Below, in pieces: positions 23,929-31,550 of a stretch of DNA of 35,705 nt. This stretch comes from an uncultured bacterium (GTDB lineage: Bacteria > Planctomycetota > PUPC01 > DSUN01): positions 1-35,705 of the forward strand of contig CBFDBL010000001.1 in the NCBI GenBank assembly GCA_965603035.1. Direction: 5' to 3'. Position numbers and translations under genes: made by a program. The notes beneath the pieces are model-generated. The model was not told the DNA's origin, searched no databases, and saw nothing but the letters and a program-made list of their open reading frames with translations. How positions within the stretch are numbered: the stretch's first letter is position 1; every line of letters starts with the position of its first letter.

Positions 23929-25083
23929 ATGAGAACCACGATCCTGCTCCTGGTGATGAGCGCCGCGTGCCTGGCCACCGCGGCCGAGCCCCCGACAGCC
24001 CCTCGCCTGCCGCTGCCGATGCCCGTGCCCCCGCCGCCCGGGGTGTTGACCGTGCGGCTCAAGGACATCGCGCAGGTCCAGGGCGCCCGCGAGAACCAGC
24101 TCCTGGGCTGGAGCCTCGTGGTCGGCCTCAACGGCACGGGCGACAGCTCCGAGACGACGAGCGAGATCCTCCGCGATTTCCTCGAGCGACACCGCCGTGC
24201 CGTGGACCCCGACGACCTCGAGGCGAAGAACGTGGCCGTGGTCACCGTGACGGGGACCCTGCCGGCCTTCGCGCGGCCCGGCACGCGGATCGACTGCGTG
24301 GTGGCCTCGGCGGGCGACGCCTCGACCCTCCAGGGCGGGGTGCTGCTCCAGACCCCGCTCCAGGGCGCCGACCGCCAGGTCTACGCCGTGGCCCAAGGCC
24401 CCCTGTCGATCGGCGGGTTCGCCGCCGGCGGCGCGGCGGCGAGCATCCAGAAAGGGCACCCCACGGTGGCGCGCATCCCGAACGGCGCGCTGGTCGAGCG
24501 CGCCGTCCCCGTCACCCTGACGACCGACAACACCATCACCATCTGCCTGCGCGAGCCCGACTTCACGACGGCGGCGCGACTCGCCGAGGGCATCAACCAG
24601 CGCTTCCCCGGCCTCGCGCGGACCGAGGACACCGACGGCACGATCCGCGTGACCGTGCCGCCGCAGGCCCGCGAGCGGGGCCGGCTCATCCCCTTCATCG
24701 CCAGCCTCGAGGACGTGCCCGTGCGGCCCGACACCCGCGCCCGCGTGATCCTCAACGAGCGGACCGGCACCATCGTGGCGGGGGCCTACGTCCGCATCGG
24801 CCAGGTGGCCATCACCCACGGCAGCCTCGTGTTCATCACCAAGGAGAGCACCGACGTCTCGCAGCCACTGCCGTTCTCCGAGGGCGAGACCGTGTCGTCG
24901 CCGAACACGCAGCTCGAGGTGCGCGAGCGCCAGCAGCGCATGGTGGTGCTCGACGAGGCCCTCACGGTGACCGATGTGGCGCGCGCGCTCAACGCGCTCG
25001 GCGCCACCCCGAACGATATCGTCACGATCTTCCAGGCCATCAAGCACGCGGGCGCGCTGCCCGCCGAGCTCGTCACTATGTAG
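23929..25083 (+). CDS. flgI: Flagellar P-ring protein FlgI
   Basis: This is the real part of track ORF 23284..25083, starting MRTTILLLVMSAACLATAAEP. FlgI signatures are RLKDIAQVQGARENQLLGWSLVVGLNGTGD, LQGGVLLQTPL and the C-terminal ALNALGATPNDIVTIFQAIKHAGALPAELV. Confidence 0.95.
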   Translation: MRTTILLLVMSAACLATAAEPPTAPRLPLPMPVPPPPGVLTVRLKDIAQVQGARENQLLGWSLVVGLNGTGDSSETTSEILRDFLERHRRAVDPDDLEAKNVAVVTVTGTLPAFARPGTRIDCVVASAGDASTLQGGVLLQTPLQGADRQVYAVAQGPLSIGGFAAGGAAASIQKGHPTVARIPNGALVERAVPVTLTTDNTITICLREPDFTTAARLAEGINQRFPGLARTEDTDGTIRVTVPPQARERGRLIPFIASLEDVPVRPDTRARVILNERTGTIVAGAYVRIGQVAITHGSLVFITKESTDVSQPLPFSEGETVSSPNTQLEVRERQQRMVVLDEALTVTDVARALNALGATPNDIVTIFQAIKHAGALPAELVTM

Positions 25084-25098
25084 GGTGCGGAGCGCGGC

Positions 25099-25464
25099 AT
25101 GTTTCCCGACCTGCACGTCCAGCCTCCGCTGCCCGGCGCGCCGGCGCGCTCGTCGCTGCCGTCGGCCGGGGTGGTGGCCCGCGCGCGCGCCGGCGACGAG
25201 GATGCGTGCGCGGAGGTCGAGCGCGCGGCGCGGATGCTGGAGACGCACTTCGTGACGTGGATGCTGCGCGAGATGCGCAACACGGTGCCCGAGGGCGGGC
25301 TGCTGCCGAGCGGCCCGGCCCAGGACATCTACGAGCAGATGCTCGACGACGCGCTCGCGCAGTCGGTCGCGAGCGGCCGCGGCCTGGGCCTCGCCCAGGC
25401 CATCGAGGCGCAACTGCTGTCCCGATCACCCGAGCCCCCGCCGCAACAGCCCAGGGGAGAGTAG
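25099..25464 (+). CDS. flgJ: Rod-binding protein (FlgJ N-terminal domain only; no muramidase domain)
   Basis: 121 aa. RMLETHFVTWMLREMRNT matches the rod-binding domain pattern. The protein ends after about 120 aa, so the glucosaminidase/peptidase half of enteric FlgJ is absent. Confidence 0.75.
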   Translation: MFPDLHVQPPLPGAPARSSLPSAGVVARARAGDEDACAEVERAARMLETHFVTWMLREMRNTVPEGGLLPSGPAQDIYEQMLDDALAQSVASGRGLGLAQAIEAQLLSRSPEPPPQQPRGE

Positions 25465-25467
25465 CCG

Positions 25468-25968
25468 ATGGTATCGCTCGTCGACCAGTTGACCGAGAAC
25501 CTCGATGCGACGACCGAGCTCTACGAGCGGCTCCTTGCGACCGAGCGGCGCAAGCGCCAGGCCATCGTCGAGAGCCGCGTGGGCGACCTGCCGGGGATCG
25601 TCGCGGCCGAGGAGCAGCTCGTCGGCCTGGCGGCCGACCTCGAGGCGCGGCGGCTGACCCTGCGCGACCGCCTCGCGTCGGCCGAAGCCCGCCTCGGCCC
25701 GGCCCCCAGGCTGCGCGAGCTCATCGCGCTGCTCGACGGCCCCGAGCGCGACGCCCTGACCCACAAGCACCAGCGCCTGCTCAGCCTCGCCCAGGAGCTC
25801 AACGACGTCAACCGCACAAACTTCCACCTCCTGCGCTCGTCGCTCGACCTCCTGCGCGGCGTCGTCAACGACGTGTTCGGCGCCAGCCCCGAGCCGAACA
25901 CCTACGACCCCACCGGCCGCCCGAGCACCAACGCGCACGACGCGGCGCGCGTGGACCAGGTGATGTAG
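25468..25968 (+). CDS. flgN: FlgN-family flagellar export chaperone
   Basis: 166 aa and all-helical. It begins LVDQLTENLDATTELYERLLATERRKRQAIVE and also contains HKHQRLLSLAQELNDVNRTNFHLL. Its position directly upstream of flgK-flgL is the canonical one. Confidence 0.7.
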   Translation: MVSLVDQLTENLDATTELYERLLATERRKRQAIVESRVGDLPGIVAAEEQLVGLAADLEARRLTLRDRLASAEARLGPAPRLRELIALLDGPERDALTHKHQRLLSLAQELNDVNRTNFHLLRSSLDLLRGVVNDVFGASPEPNTYDPTGRPSTNAHDAARVDQVM

Positions 25969-25981
25969 GGGGCGCAAGCCC

Positions 25982-27868
25982 ATGGGCACCACCCTCGGGA
26001 TCGGCGTCTCGGCCCTGCTCGCCGCCCAGAAGGCGATCGACACGACCGGCCACAACATCGCCAACGCCCACACCCCCAACTTCAGCCGCCAGCGGGTCGA
26101 GCTGGCGAACATCCCGCCCAGCCGCCTCGGGCCCCTCGCCGTCGGCGGCGGCGTCGAGCCGGTCTCGGTCGAGGCCGTCCGCGACGCCTTCCTCGACCGC
26201 CTCCTGCTCGCGCAGGACCCCATGGCCGGGGCCGCCACCTGCCGCAGCCACCTGCTCAGCGAGCTCGAGACCCTGTTCTCCCTCGACCCCGAGTCGAGCC
26301 TCGGCGCGGCGATCGACGACTTCTTCAACAGCTTCGGCGAGCTGGCGCGCAACCCCGCCGGCGCGGCCGAGCGCGCCGCCGTGGTCCACAGCGCCCAGAC
26401 ACTCACGAGCGCTTTCAACGGTCTCGGCGACCGCCTCATGGAGTTCCAGCGCGGCCTCGTACCCTACGTCGAGGAGACGGTGACCAAGGTCAACGAGCTC
26501 GCCGAACAGATCGCCAGCCTGAACGAGCAGATCCGCGACGTCGTGGTCACCGGCGGCGAGGCCAACGACCTCGTGGACCGGCGGACCACCGCCCTCCGCG
26601 AGCTCGCCTCGCTGCTCCCCATCAGCGTGGCCTACGACGAGCTCCAGCGCGCCGACGTGCGCGCCGGCGGCCTGCTCCTCGTCGCCAAGGACGACGCCAC
26701 CGCGCTCAACGTGACCGCCGAGGACGGCGTCCTCGAGGTGCGCATCGGCGACGACATCGCGCTCGCCGTCGCCGCCGGCGAGGTCGGCACGCTGCTCGAC
26801 GTGGCCAACCGCGTCGTCCCCAGCTACCTCGACCACCTCGACACCCTCGCCGCCGCCATCGTCCGCGAGGTCAACCTGCGCCACAGCACGGGCATCGGCC
26901 GCGCCGGCAGCTTCCCCTCGCTCGTCGGCAGGTGGGCCGTGGACGACGCGGTCCCGCTCGCCGACGCGGGCCTGCCCTTCGCCGTCGAGGCGGGCACCCT
27001 CTACGTCTCGGTCATCGACCAGGCCACCGGCGAGGTGACCCAGACCCCCGTGGCCTTCGACCCCGCCACCGACACCCTCGCCGACCTGGCGGCCGCGCTC
27101 GACGCCATCGACCACCTCGCGGCCAACACGAGCGCCGGCCGCCTCGCCATCTCCGCAGGCAGCGGCTATCGCTTCGACTTCGCCAACCGCGTGGCCACCG
27201 CCCCCGGCGCCCTCGGCACCGCCTCGGTCACCGTCGGCGCCACGGCGGGCCTGACCGTCGCCGTGACCAACGCGGCGGGCCTGACCGTCGCGGAGCTCGA
27301 CGCCGGCGACGGCTACGCGCCGGGCGACCTGCTGGAGCTGCCGGGCGGGCTTGCCGTGCGCCTGGGCGCGGGCGACGTCGCGGCGGGCGACGCCCTCTCG
27401 GCCGGGCTGGTGGCCGAGCCCGACGCCTCGGGCATTCTGGCCGCCTTGGGGCTCAACACCTTCTTCAGCGGGACCTCGGCGACGGCGATGGCGGTCGAGC
27501 CCGCCATCGCTGCCGACCCCGGCCTCGTGGCCGCGGGCCGCAGCGGCTCGGCCTCGGACAGCAGCAACGCTCTGCGCCTGGCCCGCGTGCAGGACGAGGT
27601 GCTGGCGAGCCTCGGCGACGACACCGTGGACGGCAGCTACGCCGAGCTGATCGGCCGGGTGGGCCTGGACGCCCAGATGGCCCAGCGCGGCGCCGCCAGC
27701 GCCACGGTGCTGCTCGAGGCCGCCGAGAACCAGCGCGACGCCGTCTCCGGCGTCAACGAGGACGAGGAAGCCCTCAACCTGCTCCGCTACCAGCAGCTCT
27801 ACACCTTCGCCGCCAAGTACATCCAGACCATCAACGAGCTGCTCGACGACCTCATGGCGGTGCTGTGA
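25982..27868 (+). CDS. flgK: Flagellar hook-associated protein 1, FlgK
   Basis: 628 aa. The N-terminus is LGIGVSALLAAQKAIDTTGHNIANAHTPNFSRQRV. The C-terminus is SGVNEDEEALNLLRYQQLYTFAAKYIQTINELLDDLM. Confidence 0.95.
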   Translation: MGTTLGIGVSALLAAQKAIDTTGHNIANAHTPNFSRQRVELANIPPSRLGPLAVGGGVEPVSVEAVRDAFLDRLLLAQDPMAGAATCRSHLLSELETLFSLDPESSLGAAIDDFFNSFGELARNPAGAAERAAVVHSAQTLTSAFNGLGDRLMEFQRGLVPYVEETVTKVNELAEQIASLNEQIRDVVVTGGEANDLVDRRTTALRELASLLPISVAYDELQRADVRAGGLLLVAKDDATALNVTAEDGVLEVRIGDDIALAVAAGEVGTLLDVANRVVPSYLDHLDTLAAAIVREVNLRHSTGIGRAGSFPSLVGRWAVDDAVPLADAGLPFAVEAGTLYVSVIDQATGEVTQTPVAFDPATDTLADLAAALDAIDHLAANTSAGRLAISAGSGYRFDFANRVATAPGALGTASVTVGATAGLTVAVTNAAGLTVAELDAGDGYAPGDLLELPGGLAVRLGAGDVAAGDALSAGLVAEPDASGILAALGLNTFFSGTSATAMAVEPAIAADPGLVAAGRSGSASDSSNALRLARVQDEVLASLGDDTVDGSYAELIGRVGLDAQMAQRGAASATVLLEAAENQRDAVSGVNEDEEALNLLRYQQLYTFAAKYIQTINELLDDLMAVL

Positions 27869-27890
27869 GCCCCGAGGAAGGACGCGCGCC

Positions 27891-28814
27891 ATGCTCCACC
27901 GAGTGACCCAGCAGAGCGTCGCCCGCTCGGCGCTCCAGACCATCCGCCAGGCCTCCGAGAGCCTGAGCACGGCGCAGGAGCAGCTCGCCACCTCGCGGCG
28001 CATCAACCGCCTGTCCGACGCGCCGCTCGACGCGGCCCGCGCGCACCGCGCCCGCGCTCGCCGCTCCAGGCTCGAGCTGCACCTCGGCACCCTCGAGCAC
28101 GCCAAGAGCGAGATCGACTTCGGCGCCTCCATCCTCCAGAACGTCAGCGACCTGTTCGTCGAGGCACGCGAGATCTGCACCAGCGCCGCCAACGCCACCA
28201 CCGACCCGGCCACCCGCGAGTCGCTCGCAGAGGCCGTCGACCAGCTCCTCGAGGGCCTCCTCCAGCAGGCCAACACGCAGTATGACGGCCGCTACATCTT
28301 CGCCGGCGGCGCCAACGACGCCCCGGCCTACAGCGTCGAGCGGACGGGCGACGAGATCACCGCCGCGGTCTACGAAGGCCGCCACGACTACGTCGAGCTG
28401 GACGTCGGGCCCAACACCCGCGTCGCGCTCGGCGAGCCCGGCACCCGCGCCTTCGGCGGCACCGAGGCCTTCGACAGCCTCCTCGAGCTGCGCGACCTGC
28501 TGAGGAACACCGATGGCCTGACCGAGGGCGAGCAGGGCGTTGCCCTGTCGGCCCACATCGAGACGCTCCGCGAGTCCCACAACCGCGTGGTCGATGGCAT
28601 CGCCGCCATGGGCTGGCGCTCGACCCAGCTCGGCTTCACGCGCACGACGCTCGAGGACGCCGCGCTCGCCGACTCCGCCGCGATCAGCGAGCTCGAGGAC
28701 GCCGACTTCGCCGAGGCGACCGCCCTGCTCTACCGCAGCGAGACGGCCATGCAGACCGCGCTGATCATCTCCGCGCGGATGATGCAGAACTCGCTGCTGA
28801 GCTACCTGGAGTAG
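27891..28814 (+). CDS. flgL: Flagellar hook-associated protein 3, FlgL
   Basis: 307 aa. Flagellin-like termini are LATSRRINRLSDAP at the N-terminus and EDADFAEATALLYRSETAMQTALIISARMMQNSLLSYL at the C-terminus. It follows flgK. Confidence 0.9.
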   Translation: MLHRVTQQSVARSALQTIRQASESLSTAQEQLATSRRINRLSDAPLDAARAHRARARRSRLELHLGTLEHAKSEIDFGASILQNVSDLFVEAREICTSAANATTDPATRESLAEAVDQLLEGLLQQANTQYDGRYIFAGGANDAPAYSVERTGDEITAAVYEGRHDYVELDVGPNTRVALGEPGTRAFGGTEAFDSLLELRDLLRNTDGLTEGEQGVALSAHIETLRESHNRVVDGIAAMGWRSTQLGFTRTTLEDAALADSAAISELEDADFAEATALLYRSETAMQTALIISARMMQNSLLSYLE

Positions 28815-28819
28815 GCCCG

Positions 28820-28838
28820 GGCGGCCCGTGGGGCCGCC
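28820..28838 (+). terminator. Short GC hairpin between flgL and fliW (possible attenuator or partial terminator)
   Basis: GGCGGCCC-gtg-GGGCCGCC has an 8-bp perfect stem and lies 6 nt after the flgL stop. There is no U-tract. Its function is uncertain. Confidence 0.3.
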
Positions 28839-28891
28839 GCCTGGGTCCGGCACACTCCTCCCCGGCCCCCGACGTGCAACGGTGGGGGAAC

Positions 28892-29317
28892 ATGAAGGTT
28901 CAGAGCATTCGGTTTGGGACGGTCGAGGTCGCCGACGATCGGCGGGTGCGCTTCGTGCGCCCCATCGTGGGGTTCGACGGGCTCGACGACTACGGGATCA
29001 TCGAGGACCCCGAGACGACGCCGGTGTTGTGGCTCCAGTCGCTCGAGGCGCCCGAGGTGCTCTTCCCGCTGGTGGACCTGTCGCTGATCGCCGACGGGTA
29101 CGCGGTCGAGCTCGACGACGAGGCGGTGGCGGAGCTGGGGGTGCAGCGCTCCGAGGATGCGCGCCTGCTGGGTATCCTGACCCTCAGCGACAACTCGTCG
29201 GCCATCTCGGTGAACCTCCGCGCGCCGATCGTGCTCAACACCCGTGGCGCCACGGCGCTCCAGCTTGTCCTCCAGGATCGCGATCTGGCCGTCCGGCACC
29301 CCGTCCGCGCCGACTAA
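28892..29317 (+). CDS. fliW: Flagellar assembly factor FliW (CsrA antagonist / flagellin-binding protein)
   Basis: Track ORF 28874..29317. I prefer ATG 28892, giving MKVQSIRFGTVEVADDRRVRFVRPIVGFDGLDDYGIIED...VNLRAPIVLN, the typical FliW pattern. It lies directly upstream of csrA. Confidence 0.9.
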   Translation: MKVQSIRFGTVEVADDRRVRFVRPIVGFDGLDDYGIIEDPETTPVLWLQSLEAPEVLFPLVDLSLIADGYAVELDDEAVAELGVQRSEDARLLGILTLSDNSSAISVNLRAPIVLNTRGATALQLVLQDRDLAVRHPVRAD

Positions 29318-29348
29318 GGCGCGAGCCGGTGCAACAAGGAGGTTGCCC

Positions 29349-29576
29349 GTGCTGGTCCTCACGCGCAGGAAAGGCGAGTCCATCATCCTCGCCGACAACA
29401 TCGAGGTTCGCGTGCTCAGCATCTCGCGGCACCAGGTGAAGATCGGCATCCAGGCGCCGCGCTCGGTGCCGGTCTACCGCAAGGAGATCTACACCCAGAT
29501 CCGTGAGGCGAACCGGGCCGCGGCTTCGTCGTCCGACAGTCAGGTGCTTGGCCTCGGCAAGCTGTTCGGGAGCTGA
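29349..29576 (+). CDS. csrA: Carbon storage regulator CsrA (flagellar, FliW-partnered type with a C-terminal extension)
   Basis: The GTG at 29349 follows AAGGAGG with a 6-nt spacer. The translation is (M)LVLTRRKGESIILADNIEVRVLSISRHQVKIGIQAPRSVPVYRKEIY. It is 75 aa, longer than the enteric type. Confidence 0.95.
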   Translation: MLVLTRRKGESIILADNIEVRVLSISRHQVKIGIQAPRSVPVYRKEIYTQIREANRAAASSSDSQVLGLGKLFGS

Positions 29577-29703
29577 CGCGCTCTCGGCGGCGGCGGGCCG
29601 GTCCTTCCCTCTCCTCCAGTCGCAGGGCCTGTGGGTGGAGCGCGCGGGCGCGCGTCGGCGCCGGAGCGCGCGCGGGCCGGCATGGCATGGGCTTGCTGGG
29701 GGG

Positions 29704-30663
29704 CTACTCGAAGTCGTAACGCTCGACGTCGTCCCAGGCGTTGATGCAGCGGGAGCCGTGGCGGCCCTGGAGGATGATGTAGGAGAGGTCGGCCGGGACG
29801 TCCACGAGGCTGGCCTCGCCGGTGGCGCGGTGGCGCGCCACGGAGACCTGGTGCTGGAGGATACGCTTCTTGAGTGCCTCGATGTCGCGCTGGCGCGCGG
29901 CGTCCTCGGCGCGCTCGGCCGCGGTGGAGAAGCCGGCCGGCGGCCCGAAGTCCTCGCTCAGGGCGCGGCGCAGGAAGGCGGCGGGGTCGCGCACTTTGCC
30001 CTGCTCGTGGCTGTAGCGGGTGATCTCGATCTTCTCCTCGATGTAGTCGGGCGGGTACTCGCGGGCGAGCTGGTTGGCGAGGCGGTCGGAAAAGAATTGT
30101 TTGAGCGCATCAACAACAGCACCGCTGGCGTCGTGGGTGATGTTGATGTGGACGTCGCCTGCGATGTGGGTGGTGGGTTCCTTTGTTGTGCTCTTTGTTC
30201 TAGTTCTCTTCTTCTTCTTGTTCATGCCCCGTGACGGGGATAGGGCGTCGTCGCGCGGGGGTAGGCTCTGTCCTCGGGTGGGGGCAGGCTGTCCCCGTTG
30301 GGGGGCGTGCCCTGTGCCCGCGGGGGTGGCAGCCTTGCCCCGCTGCGGGGGCAGGGATACCTGACAGGCGGGGTAGTCGAAGAGGAACTCGTAGGTGTTG
30401 GGTACGTTGCCGGACTTGTGCTTGCCGGACCATCTGCGGATGAGGCCGTTGTCCTCGAGGCTGCGGAGTGCGGAGGCAAGGCCGTTGTTGCCGAGGCCAC
30501 TGAGCGCCTTGAGTCGGCGGAGGGAGGGGAAGACGGGCTTGAAGTTCTTGTCGGTGTGGATGGCGAGCACGGGGTAGAGCGCGCGGGCCGAGGGGGTGAG
30601 CTTCTTCCACGTGCCCGAGAGCACGAGGTCCTGGAAGAACTTGAAGAAGGCGTTGTTGGCCAT
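29704..30663 (-). CDS. Winged-helix/HTH domain protein of the mobile-element replication/regulator-like type (319 aa)
   Basis: The N-terminal wHTH-like region is LTPSARALYPVLAIHTDKNFKPVFPSLRRLKALSGLGNNGLASALRSLEDNGLIRR. A low-complexity Pro/Gln/Arg/Gly linker and a Lys-rich patch follow (a locally AT-richer DNA stretch around 30170-30230). The C-terminal domain contains VRDPAAFLRRALSEDFGPPAGF. It lies on the opposite strand to the surrounding flagellar genes. Confidence 0.7.
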   Translation of the reverse strand: MANNAFFKFFQDLVLSGTWKKLTPSARALYPVLAIHTDKNFKPVFPSLRRLKALSGLGNNGLASALRSLEDNGLIRRWSGKHKSGNVPNTYEFLFDYPACQVSLPPQRGKAATPAGTGHAPQRGQPAPTRGQSLPPRDDALSPSRGMNKKKKRTRTKSTTKEPTTHIAGDVHINITHDASGAVVDALKQFFSDRLANQLAREYPPDYIEEKIEITRYSHEQGKVRDPAAFLRRALSEDFGPPAGFSTAAERAEDAARQRDIEALKKRILQHQVSVARHRATGEASLVDVPADLSYIILQGRHGSRCINAWDDVERYDFE

Positions 30664-30720
30664 CGGTCGGCATGGTCTCCTGGCCGCGGGCCTCGTGTGA
30701 CCGTGGGCCCTGCGGGCGGC

Positions 30721-30951
30721 TTACCTGGCTGCCGCGCGGGGCCTGTGGGCGCGGCCGGGCCGCTTCAGTGGCGGCGGCTCGAAGCGCTGGTTGGCGTAGG
30801 CGCGGAGTCGCTCGTTGTCGTCGGGCTCGAAGACGCGGTAGCCGTTGCGGTCGCGCGCGACGTCGTGGACCTTTGCGCTGCGGAACCAACGCTTGAGGGT
30901 CGCGGCGGACACGCCCACGGCTTTCGCGGCGTCGCTGATGTAGAGGCTCAT
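30721..30951 (-). CDS. Small MerR/excisionase-type helix-turn-helix protein (76 aa)
   Basis: This is the real part of track ORF 30721..30996, starting at ATG 30951. The peptide is MSLYISDAAKAVGVSAATLKRWFRSAK...GYRVFEPDD. It is a paralogue of the gene at 13751..13951. It lies 57 nt upstream of the wHTH gene on the same strand. Confidence 0.75.
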   Translation of the reverse strand: MSLYISDAAKAVGVSAATLKRWFRSAKVHDVARDRNGYRVFEPDDNERLRAYANQRFEPPPLKRPGRAHRPRAAAR

Positions 30952-31023
30952 CGCTCCCCCACTAGATCGCGTGGCTGCGGCGTGCCGGGGTACCATATTT
31001 TGCGGTGCGCTGGGTCAACACAG

Positions 31024-31052
31024 GTTATACCGACCTGCGCCGGGCTTGTCAA
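31024..31052 (-). promoter_or_regulatory. Near-consensus sigma-70 promoter for the small HTH gene at 30951
   Basis: The minus strand reads TTGACA-N17-TATAAC (-35 at 31052-31047, -10 at 31029-31024). Confidence 0.6.
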
Positions 31053-31282
31053 GGCCAAATGTTTCCCACCTGCAAGGGCCACTTAGGGCGGCGCAGTGGG
31101 GCCAGAAGGTGCGGCGCGGCGTTGAGTTACGGCGCGAGGCCGGCGCCGCAAGCGCGCGCGCCGGCCTCCGGCGGCCGTGTTTCTTCCCCACAACATGCGG
31201 TGGTCTGCTGCGCGCGTAGCTGCACATGTGGGCGGGGCCCGGGGGCCTGGCGCGCGCGCCGCTGGAAAAGATCCGCGGGGCC

Positions 31283-31309
31283 TCAACCGCGCGCAGCCAC
31301 TGCCGATAC
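31283..31309 (+). promoter_or_regulatory. Sigma-28 (FliA)-type promoter of the flagellin gene
   Basis: TCAA-N15-GCCGATAC, against the consensus TAAA-N15-GCCGATAA. It lies about 240 nt upstream of the fliC ATG, which implies a long leader. Confidence 0.7.
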
Positions 31310-31501
31310 TGTGCATCAGTGACAGGGAAAGCACCTGCGCCAGATGGGAGCCTAGCCCCCTGGCTCCTTCAGCATCGCACCCCCGAACTGGGAAAGGAGG
31401 CGTGCGAATGAACTGAGAAGCGGCCCGAGGTGGGAGGGGGGCCGCGGACCGCACGCAGACGGCTAGTGAACCGCTGCGTACCGACGGGGGAGAGATGATG
31501 G

Positions 31502-31545
31502 AGCCCGGGTCAGGGATGTCCGGGCTGGGATGCTCCAAGGAGGAA
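31502..31545 (+). promoter_or_regulatory. Predicted CsrA binding sites in the fliC leader: a GGA hairpin plus a GGA motif overlapping the Shine-Dalgarno
   Basis: The hairpin AGCCCGG-[GUCAGGGAUGU]-CCGGGCU (31502-31526) has a 7-bp perfect stem. Its loop closely matches the CsrA SELEX consensus RUACARGGAUGU. The second site, CAAGGAGGA (31536-31544), is the SD, 6 nt before the ATG at 31551. Confidence 0.6.
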
Positions 31546-31550
31546 GAAGT

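Noticed and set aside
25865-28276. Long antisense ORFs opposite flgK/flgL (803 aa), fliD (32778..34622, 614 aa), flgE (15081..16037), fliK (16531..18309) and the 18545..20629 region (694 aa)
   Set aside because: All are compositionally biased (Arg/Gly/Asp/Ala) and motif-free, and all lie opposite genes with unmistakable flagellar signatures. They are high-GC artefacts.
29637-29680. Direct repeat GGAGCGCGCGGGC...GGAGCGCGCGCGGGC and CGCGCG palindromes between the convergent csrA and wHTH genes, considered as att sites or a terminator
   Set aside because: This is alternating-CG low-complexity sequence in a GC-rich genome. No matching copy was seen on the other side of the two-gene module, so it is at most a weak bidirectional hairpin.
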